Source of the DNA: Bacteriovorax stolpii
GTDB taxonomy: Bacteria; Bdellovibrionota; Bacteriovoracia; Bacteriovoracales; Bacteriovoracaceae
DNA length: 32,186 bases
Direction of reading: 5' to 3'
Assembly: GCA_945890905.1 (NCBI GenBank)
Contig: CAMDDI010000001.1
Span: 1 to 32,186 of the forward strand
A program made the translations under genes and the position numbers. The notes beneath the pieces were generated by a model, which worked only from the letters and a program-made list of their open reading frames with translations, was not told where the DNA came from and ran no database searches. Below, one piece after another: positions 25,021 to 32,186 of the stretch. Within the stretch, counting starts at the first letter, position 1. Each line of letters begins with the position of its first letter.

Positions 25021-28000
25021 AATAAAAAATATCGCCTCCCTTAAAGGTGAACACGTCATTAACTTTGCTGACATTCAAAATCAAAGTCCGCTCTTTGCGA
25101 TTACTGGGGAAACAGGTTCTGGAAAATCCACCATCCTCAATTGCCTGGGGCTTGCCCTCTACGGTCAAATATTTAAAAAAAATGTGAATCAAATTGATGT
25201 AGTCACACTAGGGGAAAAAGAAGGGCTAATTGAGCTTATCTTCCAAGTGAAGGGAAAAAACTATCTCGCCTTCTGGAAGGCCAGAGTCCGCAAACAAAAT
25301 GGGGAACTCTACTCCACTGTTCAGTCTCCTACGCGGGACTTGTATCTACTTGAGGGAGATCATTTTGATTCTCCAAAAAATATCTCTTCTCTAAAAGTTG
25401 ATGAGATCCTGAATCTTGATTTTGACCAATTTTGTAAATGCATCATCTTAAACCAGGGTGAATTTGCTAAATTCTTGATGAGCACCTTTACCGAGAGAAA
25501 AGATATCTTAGAGAAGCTCTACTCAGGAGAGATGCTGGAGAGTTTAAGTCGTGAGCTCAAACTTGAACTAGATGCTTACCAGAAACAAAAAAATGATCTT
25601 GATATTGAGCTCGGAACTCTTAAGGGTGATGGGCTTCGCGGTGAAGATCTTGTAGTTGATAAGGCCAGACTCAAAGCGGAGCTAGATTTTCATGATACTT
25701 GGGAGAATAGGGTTCTCTCCATGAATTCTAATTTTGAGACTCTGTTTAGTTATCATGCAAAATTTGAGTCCAATCAAAAGAAAATGGAGCTCATTAAACA
25801 GGAGATGAATCAACAGACAAAGATTCGCAACGAAAGCCTGCTTAAGACACAAAATGCACAGGATTTGCTTCAAGAGGCCACTCGAATTCAAGAAAAGGAG
25901 CGCCCTAGGCTAGAAGAACTTCTTAAATCTGAGGAAGCTCTTTTAGGCCATCGAGATGTAATGAGTGCGATGGAGAAGAAACTCTTAACACTCGCGGAGC
26001 AAATTCAAAATCAGCAAAAATCTGGGGATGCACTTAAGATTAGAGAAAATCAAGTTGATTTAAGCAAAAGAGCCGTGGTTCAAAAGTTAACTCTTCCCTT
26101 AGAAGAGCTAAAAGCTCACCGCAGAGGACTAGATGAATTATTTGATCTGTTTCAAGATCAGAATTCTTTGGATGAAGTTCTAAAATCAAAGAACTTAAGA
26201 CTCAGTGAACTTGAATCCAGCGGTAAAGAGAAGGCCACTGATCTCAAAGTTCTCCAAGAAAAAATCGCCAAATTTCCTACTGAAGCGAAGACTGAACTGG
26301 CGAGCCTTCTGGTTAAGAAGAATGAGCTTCTGCCACAAATTGAAAATAAGCAGAGAGCAGAGATTAAGGCCCAAGAATTAAAACTGAGCCTAGAGGCTCT
26401 TAAGATTGATCTTCAAAAGATTGAAGAAAAGATAAAATCTCTGGGACTAGATAGAACAAAATTTGAATCCGAAGCCCTACCTATTGAGACCACTTTAAGC
26501 TTAAGTGAACTTATGAGTGCAGTGGCCATTTGTAGAACTCACCCATCTGTCTCTTCATCTGAGACTTGTCCTGTGTGTGAAACGCCGCTGAGTTCGACTA
26601 AGTGGGAAGAGCTAAAAAAGAAGATCTCACAAACAGATTTGATCAAACAAAAAGAGCGTTTTGCTGAACTCAGCCGCCTCTTGATGCAGAATCAGGAAGA
26701 AATAAAATTGGCCGAGTCGCAAGTGAAGTCCCTAAAAGACTCTCTAAATAAAAAAGAGACTGATCTTAAAAATCTCGCACCCTTTCTGGGCCTTGTCATA
26801 AGCTCTATGTCCGACTTAGATAAAATAATCTCTCAGAAGGAAAAAGAGATCTGGGAAGTTGAAAGTCTCAAGACTGATGAGTTGAAGCTTGAGGTAGAGT
26901 TGGCCCGGGCCCGTGAAGGTTTCGGAGTTATTCGCCAGGAAGTGACTCTTAAAACTCAAGAATTGAAAAATATGACTATTGAGATTTCTAAACTCTCAGC
27001 TCCTATGAAAAAGCTTATCCCGGACACTTTGAGTAAGGAGCTTATCCAAAAACTTAAAACTGAACTTAAGCTTATGCTTGATATTGAAGCTCTTGATAAT
27101 GAACTCTCCAAAGTCGCCCATGAAAAAGAACTACTGACTCGCGAGGAGCAAAAAGTTAAGGCTGAGCAGACTCAGCTCCTATCAGATCAAAAAGATCTGG
27201 AAGCCAAAATTCAAAAACTCTACACTCACTTGGTCCAAGAGCTTGCGGGTAAAAAAGCATCAGCTCTCCTTAGTGAGATGGCCCAATCTCTTAAAGCTCT
27301 CAATGAAGACTGGCTGATCAAGAACCAAGATCTTAAGAAGCAGGATCTGGCCCATACTGAAATCTCCAGCCGCTTAAGATCTGCTGAAGAACTCTTAAGA
27401 GACTTTGAGCTCGGATTCATTAAGGCCAAAGATGAATTAAAACTTGCGGCCGAAATTAAACTTCCATCGCTCAAAGAGAGCCTCAGTCTTCTTACCTCAA
27501 CACTTAACTCCCTCACTCTGGATTTAAAAAGTCCCAGCGAACTATTTGTGCCACTCAAAGAACTTCTCCTCACCGAAAAAGAATTCTTAAAAGAGCTCAC
27601 TCTTAATACTCGCAAAAATCTTGCTCAAGTCATGGCCCGTCTCGAAGACTGGGAAAAGCGACAAGATAAGATTACTTTACTGGAGCTTAAAAATTCTGAT
27701 CTTAAAAATCAGCTTGATCGCCTCGAGCGCTTATATGAAGTTTTAGGTAAAGATGAGTTGCGGGCCTTCGTCCTATCTTTAGTGGAAGAAAACCTCATCG
27801 CCCAAACCAATGATGAACTACAGAAACTCTGTCAGGGTAGATATGAGATTATTCACGGCTCTCGGCGCAAAATGAGTCCTGAATTTTATGTACTGGATAA
27901 ATACAAAGAAGGCGAAACGAGAAAAGTTTCTACTTTGTCAGGTGGGGAAACTTTTATGGTGTCTCTGGCCATGGCCCTTGCCTTAGCTGAGATGACCCGA

Positions 28001-28222
28001 GGACAAGCAGAAATTGATACACTCTTTATTGATGAAGGTTTCGGAACTCTCGATCAGGATTCTTTAGAAGATGTGCTTGATATGCTCAATCAGATTCAAA
28101 CTCGAGGCCTCATGGTGGGGATTATTTCTCATATTAAGCCACTGACTCAGGCCTTGCCGGTGAATCTTGTGCTTAATAAAGCACAGGATGGGACATCGAG
28201 CTTATCTATTCAGTACAACTAA
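25001..28222 (+). CDS. sbcC: Exonuclease SbcCD subunit C (Rad50-like SMC ATPase)
   Basis: ATG 25001 (MRLLKLKIKNI); Walker A GETGSGKST, LNQGEF, central CPVC zinc hook, LSGGE signature, Walker B LFIDEGFGTLD, ISH. Confidence 0.96.
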   Translation: MRLLKLKIKNIASLKGEHVINFADIQNQSPLFAITGETGSGKSTILNCLGLALYGQIFKKNVNQIDVVTLGEKEGLIELIFQVKGKNYLAFWKARVRKQNGELYSTVQSPTRDLYLLEGDHFDSPKNISSLKVDEILNLDFDQFCKCIILNQGEFAKFLMSTFTERKDILEKLYSGEMLESLSRELKLELDAYQKQKNDLDIELGTLKGDGLRGEDLVVDKARLKAELDFHDTWENRVLSMNSNFETLFSYHAKFESNQKKMELIKQEMNQQTKIRNESLLKTQNAQDLLQEATRIQEKERPRLEELLKSEEALLGHRDVMSAMEKKLLTLAEQIQNQQKSGDALKIRENQVDLSKRAVVQKLTLPLEELKAHRRGLDELFDLFQDQNSLDEVLKSKNLRLSELESSGKEKATDLKVLQEKIAKFPTEAKTELASLLVKKNELLPQIENKQRAEIKAQELKLSLEALKIDLQKIEEKIKSLGLDRTKFESEALPIETTLSLSELMSAVAICRTHPSVSSSETCPVCETPLSSTKWEELKKKISQTDLIKQKERFAELSRLLMQNQEEIKLAESQVKSLKDSLNKKETDLKNLAPFLGLVISSMSDLDKIISQKEKEIWEVESLKTDELKLEVELARAREGFGVIRQEVTLKTQELKNMTIEISKLSAPMKKLIPDTLSKELIQKLKTELKLMLDIEALDNELSKVAHEKELLTREEQKVKAEQTQLLSDQKDLEAKIQKLYTHLVQELAGKKASALLSEMAQSLKALNEDWLIKNQDLKKQDLAHTEISSRLRSAEELLRDFELGFIKAKDELKLAAEIKLPSLKESLSLLTSTLNSLTLDLKSPSELFVPLKELLLTEKEFLKELTLNTRKNLAQVMARLEDWEKRQDKITLLELKNSDLKNQLDRLERLYEVLGKDELRAFVLSLVEENLIAQTNDELQKLCQGRYEIIHGSRRKMSPEFYVLDKYKEGETRKVSTLSGGETFMVSLAMALALAEMTRGQAEIDTLFIDEGFGTLDQDSLEDVLDMLNQIQTRGLMVGIISHIKPLTQALPVNLVLNKAQDGTSSLSIQYN

Positions 28223-28304
28223 AACGAATTAATCACCAGTGATAAAGAAGTCATGACAGAACGCACTCATGACAATAGGAATGTCACGTCTACAAATAGA
28301 AATG

Positions 28305-29462
28305 TTACTTGGCCAGCTCAACCACAAATGCCAGTGCGAGCTTGGCAAACTTCACCGAGTGCCGGGCGTCTCCACCAGCATTCTCCAGGGTATCTTGAGG
28401 CGTATGAATATGAGGATTGTGGTCATCAAACGCAGACTCAAATGAAAACGAAGCAGGATACCCTTGAGCATCCCAAGCAGCGTGATCCGAACAGCCGTAT
28501 CCACAGCGAGAATAGCCCCAAGGAACTTTGACGTATTCATCAATGAGTTTCCCTAAAAATTCATTCTGAGCTCTATTGGTATAATCTGAAATAAGCACGA
28601 TATCTTTATTGCTAGTGCCCTTAAATAGCGTCATATCGAGCTGCAACACCCCTACAACATTTCTGCGGGCTTTCTTATAGCTCTTCGCAATTTCGTTTGA
28701 TCCGAGTAAGCCAACTTCTTCAGCAGCGTATGCAATAAATTGAATCGTCTTCTTAGGACGATGGGAATGATTAACAATTAAGCGCAAAACTTCAGAGACC
28801 GCACCTATACCAGATGCATTATCGTCGGCCCCTGGAGCTTCACCGGTTGAAGAGATTGAATCCAAGTGTCCCCCAAGAATAACAATTTCATTGGGAGTTT
28901 CAGATCCGCGTACTGTCACAATAACTGAAGGCTGATTAAAATTTTGATGCACAAAATAGTCCACTCTAATATCTGAGCGGCCCCGTGAGAGATCTTTCCA
29001 CTTATTAAACACAAGCTCCGAAGTCCTCGCTCCATCATCAGACTTATAGAAGCGGGTTTCAAATGAAGAGAGATCAATGATGGTGCGGCGGATATTAACT
29101 TCAGAAACTTGGGTCACCATGGAACGAAGAACAGAAGTTTTAGAAATAGAATAATCAATGGGTGCACGACGATTAAAAAAAGAAAATCTTCTGGGAGTTA
29201 GAGCTTCGGCCAGGGTATCGTGGGAAATAAATCCCCCACATCGGTTTAAGTTTTGATGAATTGCTCCCGAGAGAGTTTCAGTTTCTCGGGCCGATAATTC
29301 CATCACTGTTTTCTCAGCATCAGCATGCTTAATCTTTCCTGGACGCTGAAATATCCCTCTAAGAGAGCTCAAAATAGAGGTATTCACGGATACAAACCGT
29401 GACGCCTCCGGAGCTGCCTGGACACTAAGGGAAAGGGATAAGGCGAGTAAGAAAATTTTCAT
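28305..29462 (-). CDS. Secreted M28-family leucyl aminopeptidase (Vibrio/Aeromonas type)
   Basis: Signal peptide and propeptide; GGHLDS, GADDNASG, AEEVGL, QLDMT, CGYGCSDH, HIHT. Confidence 0.93.
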   Translation of the reverse strand: MKIFLLALSLSLSVQAAPEASRFVSVNTSILSSLRGIFQRPGKIKHADAEKTVMELSARETETLSGAIHQNLNRCGGFISHDTLAEALTPRRFSFFNRRAPIDYSISKTSVLRSMVTQVSEVNIRRTIIDLSSFETRFYKSDDGARTSELVFNKWKDLSRGRSDIRVDYFVHQNFNQPSVIVTVRGSETPNEIVILGGHLDSISSTGEAPGADDNASGIGAVSEVLRLIVNHSHRPKKTIQFIAYAAEEVGLLGSNEIAKSYKKARRNVVGVLQLDMTLFKGTSNKDIVLISDYTNRAQNEFLGKLIDEYVKVPWGYSRCGYGCSDHAAWDAQGYPASFSFESAFDDHNPHIHTPQDTLENAGGDARHSVKFAKLALAFVVELAK

Positions 29463-29630
29463 ATGCCCTTATTTGCAACTTGGGAGCCAAGTTTTAGGCC
29501 TTTTAAGAGACATAAGTGCCTAAAATATAGACATTTTGAATACTCCTTAAACACCACCAAATTTCCAGCTTCAGAAGGCTCTGAATGTATCCGCAAGTTC
29601 AAAGAATCGCAGGAAGACTGATTTATTTTT

Positions 29631-29658
29631 TCAAGAGGGTGACTGTCACACCCGATAA
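29631..29658 (+). promoter_or_regulatory. Candidate sigma28 (FliA)-type promoter TCAA-N16-CCCGATAA
   Basis: 31 nt upstream of the 29690 ATG; strong SD AGGAGGT follows. Confidence 0.65.
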
Positions 29659-29689
29659 GCCACTGTGATTTAATTATTAGGAGGTAGAA

Positions 29690-30409
29690 ATGAAAAAGTG
29701 CATTGCCCTGGCCCTTGTAATCGTCAGCGCACCGGCGTGGTCGGAGAGTTTTATCAATCCGGAAGTTTACTCGAAGGAAGCTACCTGCGAAATGCTCAAC
29801 AGCCTTCCTGGGGACACGGATCCCGCACAAGGAATCCAGCTAAAATTTCATGCCAACACGGCCCGTAACGCTGGCATGAGCCAGCAAGGTGTTTTAAGTT
29901 TCGCGAACGCTTTTGATATCCGGCTAACTGGCCTTTGCCGTTCAAATGCTTTTGGAGAAGAATTCATAAGTGCTATGCGAGCCGCCTGGCAAGAAACCTG
30001 CACTCAGGCGTTCCCGGGTCTTACTCAACGAGTGATGGGCACACAACGCGCCATCCTTGGATCTGATTTATACAAGTGCCGCCGCGCTGACGATGATTAC
30101 GTCGGAAAAGCCAATATGTTCCACGAGGGCTTCCGGAAAGCACAGGCCCAGGAAATCGCCAACAGACGACGGTTGTTTCAGCCGCTTGGTTTCGGACCGT
30201 ATGGTCCCTATGGCCAGCAACTTTACGGAATACAGCCCTTCTTCGGGCAGCAGCAAGGTGGTCAAGCAGACTGTGGTCCTGGTGTGAACAACAGCGAGGT
30301 TCCTCGCTCCTCGCCAGCGACAAATGTTTCCCCTGCCGATATCAACAATAGTGGTGCCTCACAAGGGTACGAAAAGAGAGGGGCGATGAAACCGCCCCTC
30401 TCTTTTTAG
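29690..30409 (+). CDS. Secreted hypothetical protein with Cys-containing helical core and low-complexity C-terminus
   Basis: SD AGGAGGT; signal peptide MKKCIALALVIVSAPAWS; G/P/Y/Q-rich tail. Confidence 0.85.
   Translation: MKKCIALALVIVSAPAWSESFINPEVYSKEATCEMLNSLPGDTDPAQGIQLKFHANTARNAGMSQQGVLSFANAFDIRLTGLCRSNAFGEEFISAMRAAWQETCTQAFPGLTQRVMGTQRAILGSDLYKCRRADDDYVGKANMFHEGFRKAQAQEIANRRRLFQPLGFGPYGPYGQQLYGIQPFFGQQQGGQADCGPGVNNSEVPRSSPATNVSPADINNSGASQGYEKRGAMKPPLSF
30372..30407. terminator. Rho-independent terminator lying inside the 3' end of the 29690 CDS
   Basis: Perfect 14-bp inverted repeat AAAAGAGAGGGGCG-ATGAAAC-CGCCCCTCTCTTTT, whose right arm ends in a T5 run (30403-30407). Confidence 0.8.
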
Positions 30410-30643
30410 AGAAGATCTTTGAACTCTCTTATCCACCGACAATTCCCAGATGGCCTCCTTAAGCAAGAGCGGCGGAAGCCGTCTTCTATTCTAATTTCAT
30501 CAACTTATTTGTTAACGATTCCACCCCCAATGAACCTAAAAATTCTTCACTGGGGTTTCCCAAAGTGAAGCTCTCATCATAGACTCAAAGCCATTGCACC
30601 TTCCAAAGTGCGACACGTCCAAGAACTTAAGGGTCTATCAATA

Positions 30644-31570
30644 ATGAAAACACTTCTTGCTTCATCACTTCTTCTGATCTCATTAAATTCTTTTGCTCAT
30701 GAAGATCATGACTGGAGACAAGACTATCAAGCCTACCTCTCAGTGGAGTACGTACTGCCTGGAGTTCAGAAAAGCATGATCATCCCGCGCACTCAGGCCC
30801 CTCGTGTAGATATGAATTTCTTCAAAGAAAAGCTCACTCAATTCACGATGAATATTGCGGAAAGAAAATCTCAAAAGAATCTAGATTTGGCCCGCCAAGT
30901 GTTGCGAGCTGAGTATGAAAAACTGGGCTTCAAAGTGAGCATGCAACCATTTGGTAGTGGAACAAACTTTATTGCTGAAAAGCAGGGCAATAAAACTCCT
31001 CAAAAAGTTCTTATCCTCTCTTCTCATATCGACTCTGTAGGAAATCACGGAACAAATGATAACGGCACTGGATCAGTAGGACTTCTGGCCGTGGCCAAAG
31101 TTATGGCGGCTAAAAATTATGCATCTACTATTCGCATCTTAGGATTTGACCGTGAAGAAGTGGGTCTTGTGGGCTCAGACGCTTACGTGGCCACTATTTC
31201 AGACCGGGATAATGTGATTGGAAATATTAACTTTGAAATGATGGGGGTTAACTCCCGTCGTGATGGTGCATTTCATGTCATCGATTGCTCAAAGGCAAAT
31301 TCTTTATTTCTTACACAAAGCATTCTTGATTCCATTCAAAGCTTAAGCCTTCCCCTTCACGTGGTGAAAACTTGTACTGATCGCAGTGATCACGCTTCGT
31401 TTTGGCGCAAAAAAATTCCAGCCGTGGTGATCTCAGAGAACTTCTTCGGAGGGGACGCAGATCCTTGCTATCACGCCCGCTGTGACGTAATGGATGAGCG
31501 TCTAAATTACGAATACATGGGCAACATCTTAGAATCAGTTCTCGACGCCTCTGAAAAACTCATCAAGTAG
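30644..31570 (+). CDS. Secreted M28-family metallopeptidase
   Basis: Start re-assigned to ATG 30644 (MKTLLASSLLLISLNSFA); SHIDS, GTNDNGTG, REEVGL, NFEM, SDHASF, CYH. Confidence 0.9.
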   Translation: MKTLLASSLLLISLNSFAHEDHDWRQDYQAYLSVEYVLPGVQKSMIIPRTQAPRVDMNFFKEKLTQFTMNIAERKSQKNLDLARQVLRAEYEKLGFKVSMQPFGSGTNFIAEKQGNKTPQKVLILSSHIDSVGNHGTNDNGTGSVGLLAVAKVMAAKNYASTIRILGFDREEVGLVGSDAYVATISDRDNVIGNINFEMMGVNSRRDGAFHVIDCSKANSLFLTQSILDSIQSLSLPLHVVKTCTDRSDHASFWRKKIPAVVISENFFGGDADPCYHARCDVMDERLNYEYMGNILESVLDASEKLIK

Positions 31571-31649
31571 CTCTCTCTTTTTAAGGGTGTTCATATTCTA
31601 GACACCCTAAAAATATTTCCAAAAATTACCCACAAGCTTTGAACCTAGA

Positions 31650-31655
31650 TAAGAT
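31650..31655 (+). promoter_or_regulatory. Candidate -10 box (TAAGAT) of a leaderless transcript
   Basis: 6 nt before the ATG at 31662. Confidence 0.35.
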
Positions 31656-31661
31656 AGGTTG

Positions 31662-32165
31662 ATGAAAACTTTAATTCTCCTATTCACCTTTCTATCTATT
31701 TCATCAGTCTTAGCTCAGACCATTATCGATATACCTGGTCACTTAAGATTGCCTGACCCCATTACCACAGACCTAGAGATCATCCGGGATGGTCGCCCAA
31801 CAGTTGATTACCTAACGGCCTATAAATTTGAAAATCGCCAGGGCTGCAGCTTTGAATTTAACTACACCCATGGAGAAATCTTTAACAACACAACAATCAT
31901 CGTTAAGAAAATTGGGGTGCTCACAGATCCAGAAACTGCTGTCCGCTCAATCTGGGGACGCATGACTCAAAATAATTCGGTGAAAGTGAAGGACCGTGAG
32001 TATTATTTGTATTACTTTAACGACACCAGTATCACTCCAGAAAACTCTGACAATGTCACACTCAGATCAATGGATCAGGTTCTGCATTTGAAACGAAAAT
32101 CAAAATCTCTGGAAATTGAACTCGAGGGTCGTGAGCCTCTTAAGTGCGAATTTAAAATCGAATAA
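31662..32165 (+). CDS. Secreted hypothetical protein (167 aa, 2 Cys)
   Basis: Signal peptide MKTLILLFTFLSISSVLA; followed by a terminator-like hairpin. Confidence 0.8.
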   Translation: MKTLILLFTFLSISSVLAQTIIDIPGHLRLPDPITTDLEIIRDGRPTVDYLTAYKFENRQGCSFEFNYTHGEIFNNTTIIVKKIGVLTDPETAVRSIWGRMTQNNSVKVKDREYYLYYFNDTSITPENSDNVTLRSMDQVLHLKRKSKSLEIELEGREPLKCEFKIE

Positions 32166-32186
32166 AAATGGCTCCCTAGGGAGCCA
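32164..32186. terminator. Probable Rho-independent terminator at the window edge
   Basis: A-run followed by the perfect palindrome TGGCTCCCTAGGGAGCCA (32169-32186); the right flank is not visible. Confidence 0.7.

Noticed and set aside
23878-28222. SbcCD as an anti-phage or Wadjet-like SMC defence system
   Set aside because: Canonical sbcD-sbcC motifs and housekeeping context; no accessory defence genes.
28253-28531. 92-aa ORF with NRNVT repeat
   Set aside because: Mostly antisense to the M28 peptidase; the repeat is explained by the intergenic DNA repeat.
29459-29830. 123-aa minus-strand ORF upstream of the peptidase
   Set aside because: Crosses promoter DNA and runs antisense into the 29690 gene; no supporting features.
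659-30323. Many short antisense or alternate-frame ORFs in the track (e.g. 1053-1370, 9730-10005, 22203-22601, 22636-23055, 27226-27615, 30021-30323)
   Set aside because: They overlap well-supported genes and look like shadow ORFs, with no motifs or RBS.
31584-31608. AGGGTGT/ACACCCT inverted repeat as terminator of the second peptidase
   Set aside because: 11-nt loop and an A-run, not a T-run, downstream on the plus strand; function unclear, so not called.

Overview
Mostly core-genome DNA from an AT-rich Gram-negative bacterium. Gene content and style (GYF-domain membrane protein, Flp-like pilin, many secreted hypotheticals and peptidases, tmk-holB-ricT, sigma28-type promoters on non-flagellar genes) suggest a predatory Bdellovibrionota, probably Bacteriovoracaceae; this is inference, not a database result. 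In order: a truncated aldehyde dehydrogenase, a secreted hypothetical, a DUF3857/transglutaminase-like/TPR protein, rmuC, a solitary Xer-like recombinase, a PilZ-like protein, a thiolase-fadJ-lolE-like operon, a coiled-coil/beta-barrel OMP, a sufE-hemB-hyp-GT9-waaA-hyp-pilin operon, a GYF protein, tmk-holB-ricT-sbcD-sbcC, and a cluster of secreted proteins with two M28 peptidases. I saw no rRNA, tRNA, CRISPR, IS or prophage. The most interesting signals are regulatory: (1) promoters nested inside RBS-sequestering inverted repeats, seen at two or three loci; (2) five candidate leaderless genes; (3) three sigma28-type promoters with identical 16-nt spacing in front of exported or membrane proteins; (4) a perfect terminator inside the last codons of a CDS. 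At protein level: RicT with a long N/Q/R-rich disordered tail, and several apparent pseudo-enzymes. None of these is proven; all are testable.
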